A stretch of 64,000 nt of DNA from Sedimentisphaerales bacterium. GTDB taxonomy: Bacteria; Planctomycetota; Phycisphaerae; Sedimentisphaerales; SM23-30. The translations under genes were made by a program, and so were the position numbers. The notes under the pieces were generated by a model, which saw only the letters and a program-made list of their open reading frames with translations, did not search any database and was not told the origin of the DNA. Shown here piece by piece: positions 41,613-52,931 of the stretch. The stretch is from assembly GCA_963663965.2 (NCBI GenBank), contig CAXXFK010000028.1:576001-640000 (forward strand), given 5' to 3'. Each line of letters opens with the position of its first letter. The first letter of the stretch is position 1.

Positions 41613-42758
41613 ATGAGACCATTTTCATTGTTGATCAAACCAGCGGGGCCCGATTGTAATCTGGCGTGTCATTACTGTTTTTACATGTGCAAGACCGAGA
41701 TGTTCGGGACGCAACGGCACCGGATGAGCGATGAGGTGCTGGAGTGCCTGGTGCGGAGTTACCTGGGATTGGGATTTCCGGTGAATAATTTTCCGTTTCA
41801 GGGCGGCGAGCCGACACTGATGGGGTTGGATTTTTATAAAAAGGTGGTGGCGCTGCAAAAACAATATGGGCGGACGGGTCAGACGGTGAGCAACGCGTTG
41901 CAGACCAATGGGATTCTGTTGAATGATGACGCGTGGTGCGTATTTCTGCACGAGTATCATTTTCTACTGGGGATCAGTCTGGATGGGCCGGAGGTATTTC
42001 ATGATCATTATCGCAAGGATCACGCCGGGCGGGGGACGTGGCAGCGGGTGATGGAGGCGATCGCGTGCTGCCGGCGGCACCGGGTGGAGTTTAATATACT
42101 GGTTTTGCTGAATGACCGGAACGTGAAGGAGCCGGACCGACTGTTCGATTTTTTTGTGGAGCAGGGGATCGAGTATCTGCAGTTTGTGCCGTGTGTGGAG
42201 CGCGGGAGCGGAACGGGCGAGATCGCGCCGTACGCGTGCAGTCCGCAGGAATATGGGGCGTTTATGTGCCGGATATTTGACCGGTGGCTGGAGTATGGCC
42301 CGACGCGCTTGAGTATCCGGCTATTCGATTCGATTATGCATTATTATCTGAACGGGCAGCATACGAATTGTACTTTTATGGAGCGGTGCAGCGATTATAT
42401 TGTGATTGAGCATAACGGGGACGCATTCTGCTGCGATTTTTTTGTGACGGAGGAGTGGAAGCTGGGGAATATACTGGAAACGCCTATCGAAACGTTGTAC
42501 GAAGGGGGGGTAAAGAAAAAATTCGCCAAGACAAAACGGAAGGTGGCACAGAAGTGTTTTGTCTGCCGGCATTATGAGATTTGCCGGGGCGGGTGTTTGA
42601 AGGACCGGCTGGCGAAGGACGATAACTATAGTAATGTAAGCTATTTATGTGAAGGATATCGGGCGATATTCGATCACGCGTTGCCGCGCTTGCGGGAATT
42701 AACGGAGATGTTGCGGTATCAGAATCGGGCGATGGGCGGTCCTTCGATTGGGCTGTAG
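41613..42758 (+). CDS. Anaerobic sulfatase maturase (radical SAM/SPASM)
   Basis: KPAGPDCNLACHYCFY, QGGEPTL, SLDGP, C-terminal CFVC...CRGGC...C. Confidence 0.93.
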   Translation: MRPFSLLIKPAGPDCNLACHYCFYMCKTEMFGTQRHRMSDEVLECLVRSYLGLGFPVNNFPFQGGEPTLMGLDFYKKVVALQKQYGRTGQTVSNALQTNGILLNDDAWCVFLHEYHFLLGISLDGPEVFHDHYRKDHAGRGTWQRVMEAIACCRRHRVEFNILVLLNDRNVKEPDRLFDFFVEQGIEYLQFVPCVERGSGTGEIAPYACSPQEYGAFMCRIFDRWLEYGPTRLSIRLFDSIMHYYLNGQHTNCTFMERCSDYIVIEHNGDAFCCDFFVTEEWKLGNILETPIETLYEGGVKKKFAKTKRKVAQKCFVCRHYEICRGGCLKDRLAKDDNYSNVSYLCEGYRAIFDHALPRLRELTEMLRYQNRAMGGPSIGL

Positions 42759-42791
42759 GAATAGGGAAAAGGATTTTTTTGAAGTAGGGTC

Positions 42792-42819
42792 TTGACAAAC
42801 TTCGAATATGTGTTAAAAT
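42792..42819 (+). promoter_or_regulatory. Sigma70-type promoter of rplM-rpsI
   Basis: TTGACA-16 nt-TAAAAT with a TG extension. Confidence 0.6.
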
Positions 42820-42912
42820 TCGCCACTCTGTATTTATAAGCCAAGACGGCTATAACACTAACAGGTTAAAAGAGTTAAAGCGCTTTTTTGAGGCGTAAGG
42901 AATTAAGATAAA

Positions 42913-43367
42913 ATGATTAAACGAGCGAAATTACAAAAAACGACCCTGGCCAAGAACGAGACGGTCCAGCATGACTGGTTCCACGTCGATGCCGATGGTA
43001 AGGTGCTGGGGCGGATCGCAACGGAAATTGCCCATGGTCTTGATGGGCAAGCATCGCCCGGACTATACGCCCTTCGTCGATACCGGCGATTTTGTTATTG
43101 TAACCAACGCTGAGAAGGTGATTATGACCGGCGATAAGCTGGAAACGAAATATTACGACTACTATACATATTATCCGGGTGGTCATCGTTTATATAAGAT
43201 ATAGCGAGCTGATCGTGACCAAGCCGGAATTTCTAATCCGCAACGCGGTTCGCCGGATGCTTCCCAAGAATAAGCTGGGGCGTCATATGCTGGACAAACT
43301 GAAGGTATATCGTGGAAGCGAGCATCCGCACAACGCCCAGATGCCGAAAGAACTGGAAATTAACTGA
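42913..43367 (+). CDS. rplM: 50S ribosomal protein L13 with two +1 homopolymer frameshifts (~43031, ~43190)
   Basis: [19 protein letters not shown] | [26 protein letters not shown] | [13 protein letters not shown]...HPHNAQ across three frames; ~150 aa when corrected. Confidence 0.95.
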
Positions 43368-43384
43368 CGTATAAAAACTGAGGA

Positions 43385-43930
43385 ATGATAGTGGACAACA
43401 ATAATAGCATACAAGGCACTCCGATTCAGATACCTGTAACCCCAGCGATCCCGGTACCGGCGGCTGTTAACGCGCCGATCGCATCGATGGATAGCATGAA
43501 GCCGCGCCGTCTGCGTCAAAAGACCGCAGCGGAACTGGGCCCCAAAGCATTTTGCTGGGGAACCGGCCGTCGTAAAGCCGCGATCGCCCGCGTTCGTCTG
43601 CGTCCTGGCAGCGGCAAGGTGATCGTCAACAAACGTGAGCTGTTAAACTTTTTTCCGCGTCTGGAAGATCGTAACGATGTCCTGGCACCGTTGAAAGCGA
43701 CGGATAATCTGGATAAATACGATGTGTTTGTGAATGTTCAGGGCGGCGGCATGACCGGTCAGGCCGGCGCGACCAAACTGGGTGTCGCGCGTGCGTTACT
43801 GGCAGCCCAGCCGGATACCTTTGACGCCTTGAGGGACAAAGGATACCTGACCCGTGATTCGCGTGAGGTTGAGCGTAAGAAATATGGCCATCGCAAGGCC
43901 CGCAGGAGCTTCCAGTTCTCCAAGCGTTAA
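43385..43930 (+). CDS. rpsI: 30S ribosomal protein S9 with N-terminal extension
   Basis: GTGRRKAAIARV, GGGMTGQAGA, ERKKYGHRKARRSFQFSKR. Confidence 0.97.
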   Translation: MIVDNNNSIQGTPIQIPVTPAIPVPAAVNAPIASMDSMKPRRLRQKTAAELGPKAFCWGTGRRKAAIARVRLRPGSGKVIVNKRELLNFFPRLEDRNDVLAPLKATDNLDKYDVFVNVQGGGMTGQAGATKLGVARALLAAQPDTFDALRDKGYLTRDSREVERKKYGHRKARRSFQFSKR

Positions 43931-43956
43931 ACGCCCAAAATTGCCAAATATATCTG

Positions 43957-43992
43957 GCTCCTGCCGATTCCGTTGGCAGGGGCTTTTTTTTT
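43957..43992 (+). terminator. Intrinsic terminator after rpsI
   Basis: gctcctgcc...ggcaggggc followed by T9. Confidence 0.85.
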
Positions 43993-44029
43993 GCCGAACT
44001 GCGTATCGATGTTCAGAAAGGGATTACTT

Positions 44030-45046
44030 ATGATACGGGTAGCCATTATCGGCGCGACGGGTTATACCGCCAGCGAATCCATTAAGATTATTCTGCGTCA
44101 TCCACAGGCGAAGCTGACATATCTGACGGCGCTGCCGAATGAATGCGGCCATATTACGGATATTTTTCCGATGTTTCAGGGGCAATTGAATCTGGAGGTT
44201 GAGCCGATCGACCTGGATAAGTTGTCGCAGGTGGCGGATGTGGCGTTGTGTTGCCTGCCCCATAAGGTATCGATGGATTTTGTGCCGAAGTTGTTGTCGG
44301 CTGGGGTAAAGGTGGTCGATTTCAGCGCGGATTATCGCATTCATGATCCGAAATATTATGAAGCCATTTATAAAGTGGCGCACAGCGATCCGGATAATTG
44401 CCGCAAGGCGGTCTTTGGATTGCCGGAATTGTTTCGCAGCAATATCGCGGCCGCAGGCGTGACGCTGATCGCGAATCCGGGTTGTTATCCGACGGCGGCG
44501 AGCCTGGGTCTGGCGCCGTTGCTGGCGAACAAGCTGATTGCCACGGATGATATAGTGGTTAATGCGGTATCGGGTGTTTCGGGGGCCGGCCGCAAGGCGG
44601 CATTGCCGTTTCATTTTCCGGAGATGGTCAATAACCTGTATGCTTACGCGGTGGGGAACCATCGCCATATGCCGGAGATCGAACAGATTTTAACCGATCT
44701 GACCGGAGAGCCGATTGAGGTGTTGTTCCAGCCTCATGTAGTGAGTATGGACCGGGGGATTGGCGAGAGTATTTATTGCCGGCCGCTTACGGATATGGGC
44801 GCAGAGGATTTGCTGGCGCTTTATGCCGATTTTTATACCAACGAACCTTTTGTCCGTTTGAAGAAAACGCCGCCCATGACGCGCGATGTCAGCAATACGA
44901 ACTTCTGCGATATTCATGTGACGCGGACCAAGGGTAAAATCGTGGTATTTTCGGCGATTGATAATCTGATTAAAGGGGCAGCCGGTCAGGCGGTACAGAA
45001 CATGAATATTATCTGCGGTTTGCCGGAGACGGCGGGATTACTGTAA
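44030..45046 (+). CDS. argC: N-acetyl-gamma-glutamyl-phosphate reductase
   Basis: IIGATGY, IANPGCYPT, SGVSGAGR, DNLIKGAAGQAVQNMN. Confidence 0.96.
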   Translation: MIRVAIIGATGYTASESIKIILRHPQAKLTYLTALPNECGHITDIFPMFQGQLNLEVEPIDLDKLSQVADVALCCLPHKVSMDFVPKLLSAGVKVVDFSADYRIHDPKYYEAIYKVAHSDPDNCRKAVFGLPELFRSNIAAAGVTLIANPGCYPTAASLGLAPLLANKLIATDDIVVNAVSGVSGAGRKAALPFHFPEMVNNLYAYAVGNHRHMPEIEQILTDLTGEPIEVLFQPHVVSMDRGIGESIYCRPLTDMGAEDLLALYADFYTNEPFVRLKKTPPMTRDVSNTNFCDIHVTRTKGKIVVFSAIDNLIKGAAGQAVQNMNIICGLPETAGLL

Positions 45047-45083
45047 GCGTTTCAGGCGCTAATTTTTGAGCACGAGGTTTGTT

Positions 45084-46286
45084 ATGAACCAGACATTGAC
45101 AGCACCCAGAGGATTTAAGGTGGCGGCGTTGAAGGCCGGGATCAAGCCCAGCGGCAAGCTGGATCTTGGATTGATTGTGGCTGACGGATTATGCAGCGCG
45201 GCCGGAGTGTTTACGACCAATAAAGTGGTATCGCCGACGATCACCGTAAGTCGCAGCCATGTCCGCAACGGCCGGGCGCGGGCTGTTTTTGTCAATGCCG
45301 GAAATGCCAATGCCTGTACCGGGGCGCAAGGATTAAAGGATGCCCAGGAAATTTGCCAGTTGGTGGCTGAAGGCGTGGGCTGCCGGGCGACCGAAGTGCT
45401 GGTGACCTCGACGGGGATCATCGGGCATTATCTGCCGATGGAGAAGGTGCGGGCCGGAATTGGCCGGGCAGTGGAGACGCTGACGGTGGACGCGGCGATG
45501 GGCGAAGAACTGGCGCGGGCGATCATGACGACCGATCTGGTCATGAAGTCGGCGTATCGCAAGGTAAAAATTGGCGGCAAGATGGTTCAGATTGCCGGTA
45601 TCTGCAAAGGTTCCGGCATGATCGCGCCGAATATGGCGACCATGCTGGCGTATATTACGACCGATGCCAATATCAAGCCTTCATTATTGAAACGGGCTTT
45701 ACGACATGGAGCGGGGCTGACTTTTAATAAAGTAACGGTGGATAATCATGTCAGCACAAACGATGCGGCCCTTGTTCTGGCCAGTGGGCTGGCCGGCCAC
45801 GCGTTGATCAGTGAAGTGGATGATCCGGGTTATCAGGTATTCGAGAAGGCGCTCTGGCAGGTCTGTGACGATTTGGCGCGACAGATCGCCCGGGACGGGG
45901 AAGGCGCGACCCGGGCCATCACCATACGGGTAAAATCCGCATCCAATGCGGGTGACGCGCGCAAGGCTGTCCGGGCGATTGCCGACAGTCCGCTGGTGCG
46001 TTGCGCTTTTCATGGGGCGGATCCGAACTGGGGCCGGATTGTCAGCGCGGTGGGCTATAGCCAGGCGGCATTCGACGAGTCAAAAATGACCTGCAAAATT
46101 GCAGGAATCATGGTCTATCGGAATGGCCGGCCGACCCAGTTTAATGCCGATCAGGTCAGTGAGAAAATGAAAGGCGAGAACTGGGATGTGGTGGTTGACC
46201 TGGGGGTGGGCGAGTGTGACGATTTGTGTTATACCTGCGATCTGAGCCGGGAATATATTACGATTAATGCCGATTATCATACCTGA
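45084..46286 (+). CDS. argJ: Ornithine acetyltransferase / N-acetylglutamate synthase
   Basis: GNANACTG, STGIIG, IMTTD, KGSGMIAPNMATML, DGEGAT, DPNWGR. Confidence 0.96.
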   Translation: MNQTLTAPRGFKVAALKAGIKPSGKLDLGLIVADGLCSAAGVFTTNKVVSPTITVSRSHVRNGRARAVFVNAGNANACTGAQGLKDAQEICQLVAEGVGCRATEVLVTSTGIIGHYLPMEKVRAGIGRAVETLTVDAAMGEELARAIMTTDLVMKSAYRKVKIGGKMVQIAGICKGSGMIAPNMATMLAYITTDANIKPSLLKRALRHGAGLTFNKVTVDNHVSTNDAALVLASGLAGHALISEVDDPGYQVFEKALWQVCDDLARQIARDGEGATRAITIRVKSASNAGDARKAVRAIADSPLVRCAFHGADPNWGRIVSAVGYSQAAFDESKMTCKIAGIMVYRNGRPTQFNADQVSEKMKGENWDVVVDLGVGECDDLCYTCDLSREYITINADYHT

Positions 46287-46623
46287 TTAAAGCAGGTCAG
46301 GGATATTTGCGGCAACATATCCAACCCGTAAAATACAGGGCTATTATATGGTAGGGCACCTCTAACTCTTTAGATATAATATGGATAGGGAGTGAGCGGG
46401 GTTGTTGGAACTTTCCTGTAGTCTGAGTTTAATGCTTGACATAAAATGATGGATTAATCGGGCGCCAATTATTATTGGGACGTTTTTGTCGATTCAATTT
46501 AGTGATTAATTCCACTAGTGACCGGGTCGATAATAAACTTATACAGCTAGAGAACCGTGTAAGAGCAGAGAGTTATCCGGACGTAATATCCGATGTCTTA
46601 ATTGGATATACAGGAGACAGACT

Positions 46624-48168
46624 ATGCAGGCGATCCGCACGAAAAGTAATCTGACCGATCAACAGCGTGAGACATTCAAGCACCTGGTGCGGAAAGGGAA
46701 TCTGGCGACATTGCCGATGGTCGCCCAGAAACTGATCGAGATATCCCGGGATGACAATGTGAACTTTGTGGAATTCGCCAAAGTCATCCAATCCGATCAG
46801 GGGCTGGCCGCGCGAATTTTAAGGGTGGCCAATTCGGCGTACTACGGATTGCGTATCAAGGCGACCACATTGGAACGCGCCATAACGGCATTGGGATTGA
46901 AATATGTGCGTTCCATCTGCCTGGGATTCCATCTGATGGCGGCGATGAATCGATTTGAGGCCATCGGTTTCAGTATGGTGGACTTCTGGAAGATTTCCCT
47001 GATCCGGGCGGTGTTTGCCCGTCAAATCGCCTTGCGGTATTGCCCCAAGCGTAGTGAAGAGGCTTTTCTGGTCGGATTATTGCAGGATTGCGGCATTCCG
47101 TTTCTGGTTGAGACACTGGGCGAACCGTATATCCGGCTATGGCGAAATACGCTGACTTCCCAGGCGTCGCTGTATCAGCTGGAAAAGAAATTGTTTGAAA
47201 TCGATCACCTGGTTGCCATTACCGGTTTGATGGAACATTGGGGAATGCCTGATATTCTGGCGATTCCGATTACTACTCATCACCAGATACCCAGAGGGAT
47301 GTCCAGTCGAGACGAGATCATGCAATTGGCGCAGATCGGGTATTTCTGCGGGAACCTGTCTTTCAATAATCCGGAGAAGATTTCTGAGAGTGATCTGCAA
47401 ATGGTGGAATACCCTCATCTGGTATTTAATCTGGACCGGGAAGAGATGATCCGGGTATTCGCCGATGTGCGCAGCGAGTATGGTTGTCTGATTAAGTTAT
47501 ATCAGGGCATTGTGCCGGAGAAGATCAATATTTCGGATCTGTTATCCCAAGCGCACCGGATGCTGATTGAAGACGTCGATGGGGGTGAGCGCCGTGTCGT
47601 TTCCATTGACGAAGAGATGCGGGAATATGAGTTATCCGGTCAGGATGAATTCGAGAGTCACCAGCGTGATCAGTATGATCCGGTTACCGGTCTGGAGTCG
47701 CACAGTGTGTTAATCAAATATCTGGATCTAACGCTGGATCAAATCAGAACCACGGGAGGCGACCTGACGATGATTCAGGTTGACATAGACAACCTGAAGG
47801 AGTTCAATCGTCAATCCGGTGTGAAGGTTGGCGATACGGTACTGAAAAAAGTGGCCTCACTGTTATCCGCAACGCTAGGGAAGAATGGCCGCCTATTCCG
47901 GGGTAATGGTGATGATTTGCTGGCTTGTGTGCCCAAGCTGTCTTTTCAAGAGGTTTTTAAAGCGATCCAGTTGTTTCTGGCGGGGATCAGCAAGATGGAG
48001 TCGCCCTCGCGTCAAAAAGGGATCAGTGTCAGCGCGGGTATGGTCCATTGTATTCATGGCGCTTGCGCGGGTTGCAGTGAACGTTTATTGGAGTTAACCG
48101 ATAATCAAATGTATCAGGCCAAATTACGAGGTAGCAATCAGATCAGTTACCAAGTCATGGGGAAATAG
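46624..48168 (+). CDS. HDOD domain plus degenerate GGDEF domain protein
   Basis: DQGLAARILRVANSAYY, AFLVGLLQDCG; DPVTGL, DIDNLKEFN, GDTVLK, RGNGDDL in place of RxGGDEF. Confidence 0.88.
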   Translation: MQAIRTKSNLTDQQRETFKHLVRKGNLATLPMVAQKLIEISRDDNVNFVEFAKVIQSDQGLAARILRVANSAYYGLRIKATTLERAITALGLKYVRSICLGFHLMAAMNRFEAIGFSMVDFWKISLIRAVFARQIALRYCPKRSEEAFLVGLLQDCGIPFLVETLGEPYIRLWRNTLTSQASLYQLEKKLFEIDHLVAITGLMEHWGMPDILAIPITTHHQIPRGMSSRDEIMQLAQIGYFCGNLSFNNPEKISESDLQMVEYPHLVFNLDREEMIRVFADVRSEYGCLIKLYQGIVPEKINISDLLSQAHRMLIEDVDGGERRVVSIDEEMREYELSGQDEFESHQRDQYDPVTGLESHSVLIKYLDLTLDQIRTTGGDLTMIQVDIDNLKEFNRQSGVKVGDTVLKKVASLLSATLGKNGRLFRGNGDDLLACVPKLSFQEVFKAIQLFLAGISKMESPSRQKGISVSAGMVHCIHGACAGCSERLLELTDNQMYQAKLRGSNQISYQVMGK

Positions 48169-48319
48169 AGTTAGAGGGGTTGATTAGTTTAATAAGATAA
48201 TCCTGTTATCCGTGGGGATTAAGGAGATCGGGAATAAGGGAAATTAAGCGGTTTAAGGACTGGTATTGGTTGGGTAATGTGGTATAATTCTGAAAGTTTT
48301 CACCAAGCAGAGTTATGCC

Positions 48320-49987
48320 ATGCAAAAAGAATTCGAATTTAGCGACCGAGATGACAGCCAGAAGCGATTCAGCCGGTTAACCGATTTTTTCTCACAACCG
48401 GAAAAGCCGGCATCGGCACCGGTGGAATCGCCGGTTCCCCAGGCACCGGAATCCGTTTGCGCCTCGGATCAATTGCCGATGGATACCGCCGGCAAGGACC
48501 GGAAACCGATGACGGTATCGCAATTGAACGATATGATCAAAGCATTGCTGGAAGTGCATGCGCCGCCCCGGTTTTTAGTGGAGGGTGAGGTTTCGAACTG
48601 CAAGCGCCATGGCAGCGGGCATATATATTTGACGCTTAAGGATGAACGGTCCGGTATCGCCGCAGTGATCTGGCGGAGTGTCGCGTCAAAACTACGTTTT
48701 GATATACAGGATGGTCAGGCGGTACTGGCGGGTGGGCGTCTGGATTATTACAGTGAACAGGGCAAATTACAGGTGATCATTGACCGGATTGAACCGGCCG
48801 GTCTGGGCGCGCTGGAACTGGCGTTTCGGCAACTGGCGGACAAATTGAGACGTGAAGGGTTGTTTGATGAGCGGCATAAAAAGAGCCTGCCGCGCTATCC
48901 CCAGACAATCGCGATGATTACCAGTGATACCGGAGCGGCAGTCCGGGATATTCATCAGACGCTGAACCGGCGGTTTCCGGCGGTCCGGCAATTGTTGTTT
49001 CCGGTTCGTGTGCAGGGAGAAGGGGCGGCGCAGGAGATTGCCGCCGCCATTCAAGAAGTGAACCGTCGACATCAACAGGTTGGACCGGTGGATGTGATGA
49101 TCGTAGGCCGGGGCGGCGGATCGATCGAGGATTTGTGGGCGTTTAATGAAGAGGTGGTGGCGCGTGCGATTTTTGCCAGTAAGATACCGGTAATCAGCGC
49201 CGTGGGGCATGAAATTGACACCACCATCGCCGATCTGGTTGCGGATGTCCGGGCGGCGACCCCAACCGCCGCGGCAGAACTGGCGGTACCGGATCGTTGG
49301 GAATTGAACCGGAGGCTGACCGATTTGTCTGAAGGGATGACCACGGCGATTCAAAATCGGTTGGAGCAACTGGGTGACTGGCTGCAAGGCGTGCAACAGC
49401 GTCCGATGTTTGCTCGGCCAATTGAGAGGGTCAATCAGTATGCTCAAACGGTTGATCAACGGGCCTCGTTACTGGCCGGGGCTGTTCAGAACCGGTTGAA
49501 TCGCGCCCGTCGTCAACTGGATGAATCCGCCCAGGCCCTGCGTCAAATAGAACCCACCCGAAGAGTGGGGCAAATGAGGAGCGAATTGTCTCAGCGTGAA
49601 CTGCGGTTATCCCAGGCAACCCACCGGTGCATAAAAGCCCAATCAGACCGACTGGCCGGCAGAGAGAACCGATGGGCGCGGTTGGATCCGCGCAATCGGA
49701 TTGAGCAGCATGGCAAAACCCTGGGCCAGATGGAACATCGTCTCGGCCAGATGGCCAGTCATTTGCTGAAAATGAACCGCCAGCAATTAGTTGCCATCGA
49801 GCAACAGCTAAAGAGTCTGGATCCCAAGTCCGTCTTAAAGCGGGGATACAGTATTACCCGTCTGGCCGGCAGTGGGCAGATCATTGGCGATGTGGCCGCT
49901 TTGAAAGCCGGTGACAGGGTCCTGACCGAATTGAAGGAACAACAATTTTTCGAGAGTGAAGTGGTTAAAGAAGACATCATCAAATAA
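48320..49987 (+). CDS. xseA: Exodeoxyribonuclease VII large subunit
   Basis: SGHIYLTLKD, VQGEGAA, GRGGGSIEDLWAFNEE, SAVGHEID, ATPTAAAE. Confidence 0.96.
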   Translation: MQKEFEFSDRDDSQKRFSRLTDFFSQPEKPASAPVESPVPQAPESVCASDQLPMDTAGKDRKPMTVSQLNDMIKALLEVHAPPRFLVEGEVSNCKRHGSGHIYLTLKDERSGIAAVIWRSVASKLRFDIQDGQAVLAGGRLDYYSEQGKLQVIIDRIEPAGLGALELAFRQLADKLRREGLFDERHKKSLPRYPQTIAMITSDTGAAVRDIHQTLNRRFPAVRQLLFPVRVQGEGAAQEIAAAIQEVNRRHQQVGPVDVMIVGRGGGSIEDLWAFNEEVVARAIFASKIPVISAVGHEIDTTIADLVADVRAATPTAAAELAVPDRWELNRRLTDLSEGMTTAIQNRLEQLGDWLQGVQQRPMFARPIERVNQYAQTVDQRASLLAGAVQNRLNRARRQLDESAQALRQIEPTRRVGQMRSELSQRELRLSQATHRCIKAQSDRLAGRENRWARLDPRNRIEQHGKTLGQMEHRLGQMASHLLKMNRQQLVAIEQQLKSLDPKSVLKRGYSITRLAGSGQIIGDVAALKAGDRVLTELKEQQFFESEVVKEDIIK

Positions 49988-50031
49988 GTTCAATTTAAAA
50001 ATTTTATTCATTTAGATTTAAGGATACGATC

Positions 50032-51552
50032 ATGGCAGTTAAAGTCAGAAAAATCAATGTAACAGTAAAATCCCTGGATTCAGGAGCGCTGAAAGCTGAT
50101 GTTATCGCACTCAGTTTATTTAAAGATACCAAGGTGTTGCCCAAAGCGTATCGGGCAATGGATAATCTGAGTGGCGGTATGCTATCACAACTCATCCAAA
50201 CGGGCGATTTCAAAGCGGATGCCAATAAGGTTCAAGTATTGTACCCGGTCGGTATGAAAGGCGTTAGTCGCATCATCCTGGTGGGGTTAGGAGCCATGGC
50301 AGAGGTCACTGCTGATACGTATCGTCAAGCGGCCGGGGCGGCGATCCGGGGGGCTCTGGAATTGTCTGCGGGAACAGTTGTATTAGACCTGTGTCGAATA
50401 TCATCGGCTAAGTCAGATCTGGAGTCCTGCGGTTGCGCCATAGCCCAGGGCGCGGTTTCGGGTGGCTATGATTATGAAGATTATCTGCCGGCGGCGCGAC
50501 GCGGAAAAGTTACGAGTTTGAAAGTAACCATTGCTGTCAGCGATGCCGTCGAAGCCCGGCAATTCAGCAAAGGGGCGCGCGTGGGTGCGAGTATGGCGGA
50601 AGGTCAGACCCTGGCGCGGGTGTTGGCGAATACCCCGGGGAATGAAATCAATCCGCCGTTGCTGGCGGCGCGCGCCCGCAAGATCGCGTCCCAGTCCGGT
50701 TTAAAGTGTACGATTTATAATGATAAGCAATTGACACAGATGGGCATGAATGCGATCCTGGCGGTTGGTCAGGGTTCCATCAACAAGCCGCGGTTGATTC
50801 GGCTGGAATACCGGGGGGCAAAACATGCGGGTGTTGATGTGGCGATCATTGGCAAGGCCATCACTTTCGACTCTGGAGGGATCAGTATCAAGCCTTCGCA
50901 GGATATGGATACCATGAAATACGACAAGAGCGGCGGATGTGCCGTGATCGGGATTATGGCGGCGGCCGCCCAGTTAAAACTGCCCTTGAACCTGGTGGGA
51001 TTGATCCCATCGGCTGAGAATATGCCCGGGGGGGGGAGCTACCGTCCGGGAGACATCATTCGATCCTACAGCGGGAAAACGATCGAGGTATTGAATACGG
51101 ATGCTGAAGGGCGATTGATCATGTCGGACGCGCTGGCGTTTGGGGCCGCAATGAAGCCCAAGGCGATACTAGATATTGCGACGCTGACCGGCGCGGTGGT
51201 CGTGGCGCTGGGGGCACATCATGCCGGCTTATTTGGCAATGATGACCGCTTGATTGGCAAGATAAAAGCAGCCAGCGAACGGGCCGGGGAGCCCATGTGG
51301 CCCATGCCCAGCGGGGCTGCTTATCTGGAGCAGATGACCAGCAAGATGGCTGATCTGATCAATACGGGCGGCCGTTCGGGGGGATGCTGCACGGCGGCGG
51401 CGTTTTTAAAAGAGTTTGTCGGCAAGAGTTCCTGGGCGCATATCGATATCGCGGGTGTGGCTGACACGACTGAGGCAAAACCCTGGCGGGGACGCGGGGC
51501 GACTGGTTACGCAGTGCGGACCGTACTGGAATATTTACGCAGCGGCCTATAG
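50032..51552 (+). CDS. pepA: Leucyl aminopeptidase (M17)
   Basis: [41 protein letters not shown]. Confidence 0.95.
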   Translation: MAVKVRKINVTVKSLDSGALKADVIALSLFKDTKVLPKAYRAMDNLSGGMLSQLIQTGDFKADANKVQVLYPVGMKGVSRIILVGLGAMAEVTADTYRQAAGAAIRGALELSAGTVVLDLCRISSAKSDLESCGCAIAQGAVSGGYDYEDYLPAARRGKVTSLKVTIAVSDAVEARQFSKGARVGASMAEGQTLARVLANTPGNEINPPLLAARARKIASQSGLKCTIYNDKQLTQMGMNAILAVGQGSINKPRLIRLEYRGAKHAGVDVAIIGKAITFDSGGISIKPSQDMDTMKYDKSGGCAVIGIMAAAAQLKLPLNLVGLIPSAENMPGGGSYRPGDIIRSYSGKTIEVLNTDAEGRLIMSDALAFGAAMKPKAILDIATLTGAVVVALGAHHAGLFGNDDRLIGKIKAASERAGEPMWPMPSGAAYLEQMTSKMADLINTGGRSGGCCTAAAFLKEFVGKSSWAHIDIAGVADTTEAKPWRGRGATGYAVRTVLEYLRSGL

Positions 51553-51575
51553 AATCCAGGCAGTTAAGACGAGGA

Positions 51576-52163
51576 ATGATAACTATGGATACCCCCCAAG
51601 AATATCAAGTGGATACCCAGCGTATCGAAAACGCGGTACGAGAGATTCTGTTCGCGATCGGTGAAGATCCCGACCGCGAGGGTTTGCGGGAAACGCCCAA
51701 CCGTGTGGCGCGCATGTATAAAGAGTTGTTCAAAGGATTAAGTCAGGATCCGCGCCGCCATATCGAAAAGGTGTTTACCGAGAACTATGATGAAATCGTC
51801 CTGTTGAAAGACATCCCGTTTCACAGTGTCTGCGAGCATCATCTGATGCCGTTTATGGGGCATGCCCATGTCGGGTATCTGCCACGCGGCAAAGTGTTGG
51901 GTCTGAGCAAGATCGCACGAATCGTCGAGGATTTTGCCAATCGCCCACAGGTGCAGGAGCGTCTGACGACCCAGATCGCCGAGTTTATTATGAATGAGGT
52001 CCAGGCGCGAGGTGTGGCTGTGGTGATGGAAGCAACCCATACCTGTATGACCATTCGGGGTGTCAAGAAACCCGGCAGTGTGATGGTGACCTCGGCCATG
52101 CTGGGTGTGTTCCGCAGCGATGTGCGCAGCCGTACTGAGGTGATGAGCTTAATACGGGGTTGA
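51576..52163 (+). CDS. folE: GTP cyclohydrolase I
   Basis: [38 protein letters not shown]. Confidence 0.97.
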   Translation: MITMDTPQEYQVDTQRIENAVREILFAIGEDPDREGLRETPNRVARMYKELFKGLSQDPRRHIEKVFTENYDEIVLLKDIPFHSVCEHHLMPFMGHAHVGYLPRGKVLGLSKIARIVEDFANRPQVQERLTTQIAEFIMNEVQARGVAVVMEATHTCMTIRGVKKPGSVMVTSAMLGVFRSDVRSRTEVMSLIRG

Positions 52164-52286
52164 AAGCACCCTGAAGCTATTCAGCGAATCATTATTGTGA
52201 TTTTAAAAATTGCCGTCATGATTCGCGTTTTAAGATGAAACCTGATTGAAACACAGGAATGTCCCACCCCCATAGTGGAGAGCAAG

Positions 52287-52931
52287 ATGCAGGATCTTCG
52301 ACGGTTGATCAGTGGTTTTAAGCGTTTTCGTGAAGATTATTTTGAATCGGATGATCAGTTGTTTGAACAGTTGCGGGAAGGTCAGCAGCCGAAAGTGTTG
52401 TTGATTGGATGCAGTGATTCTCGGGTCGATCCGGCCATCTTGACGGGGGCGCGGCCTGGAGATCTGTTTGTCGTGCGTAATGTCGCCAATCTGGTGCCGC
52501 CCTATGAGCCGGACTCTCATTATCATGGCATCAGTTCGGCGGTGGAGTATGCGGTGAAATTTTTAAAAGTTGAACATGCCATCGTTATGGGGCATGCGTG
52601 TTGCGGGGGGATTGAGGCATTGATGTGTGGAACAGAGTCAGAACCCATTGGCGAGTTTATCGATCACTGGGTCAGCATTGCCCGGCCGGCACGTGAGGCG
52701 GTAATGCGTGACCTGTCCAATAAACCGATTGAATTGCAACGGCGCGCGTGCGAGGAAGCTTCGATTCTGATTTCATTGGAGAATTTACTGACTTTTCCCT
52801 GGGTAGCCGCAGCGGTGGATAAAGGGCAATTGGCGCTCCATGGATGGTATTTTGATCTGGAGGCCGGGGAGTTACTGGGTTATCATGCGGATAGTGGAGG
52901 ATTTGAAAAACTGGCAGGGAGAGAAGCCTGA
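52287..52931 (+). CDS. Beta-class carbonic anhydrase
   Basis: GCSDSRVDP, RNVANLVPP, GHACCGG. Confidence 0.95.
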   Translation: MQDLRRLISGFKRFREDYFESDDQLFEQLREGQQPKVLLIGCSDSRVDPAILTGARPGDLFVVRNVANLVPPYEPDSHYHGISSAVEYAVKFLKVEHAIVMGHACCGGIEALMCGTESEPIGEFIDHWVSIARPAREAVMRDLSNKPIELQRRACEEASILISLENLLTFPWVAAAVDKGQLALHGWYFDLEAGELLGYHADSGGFEKLAGREA

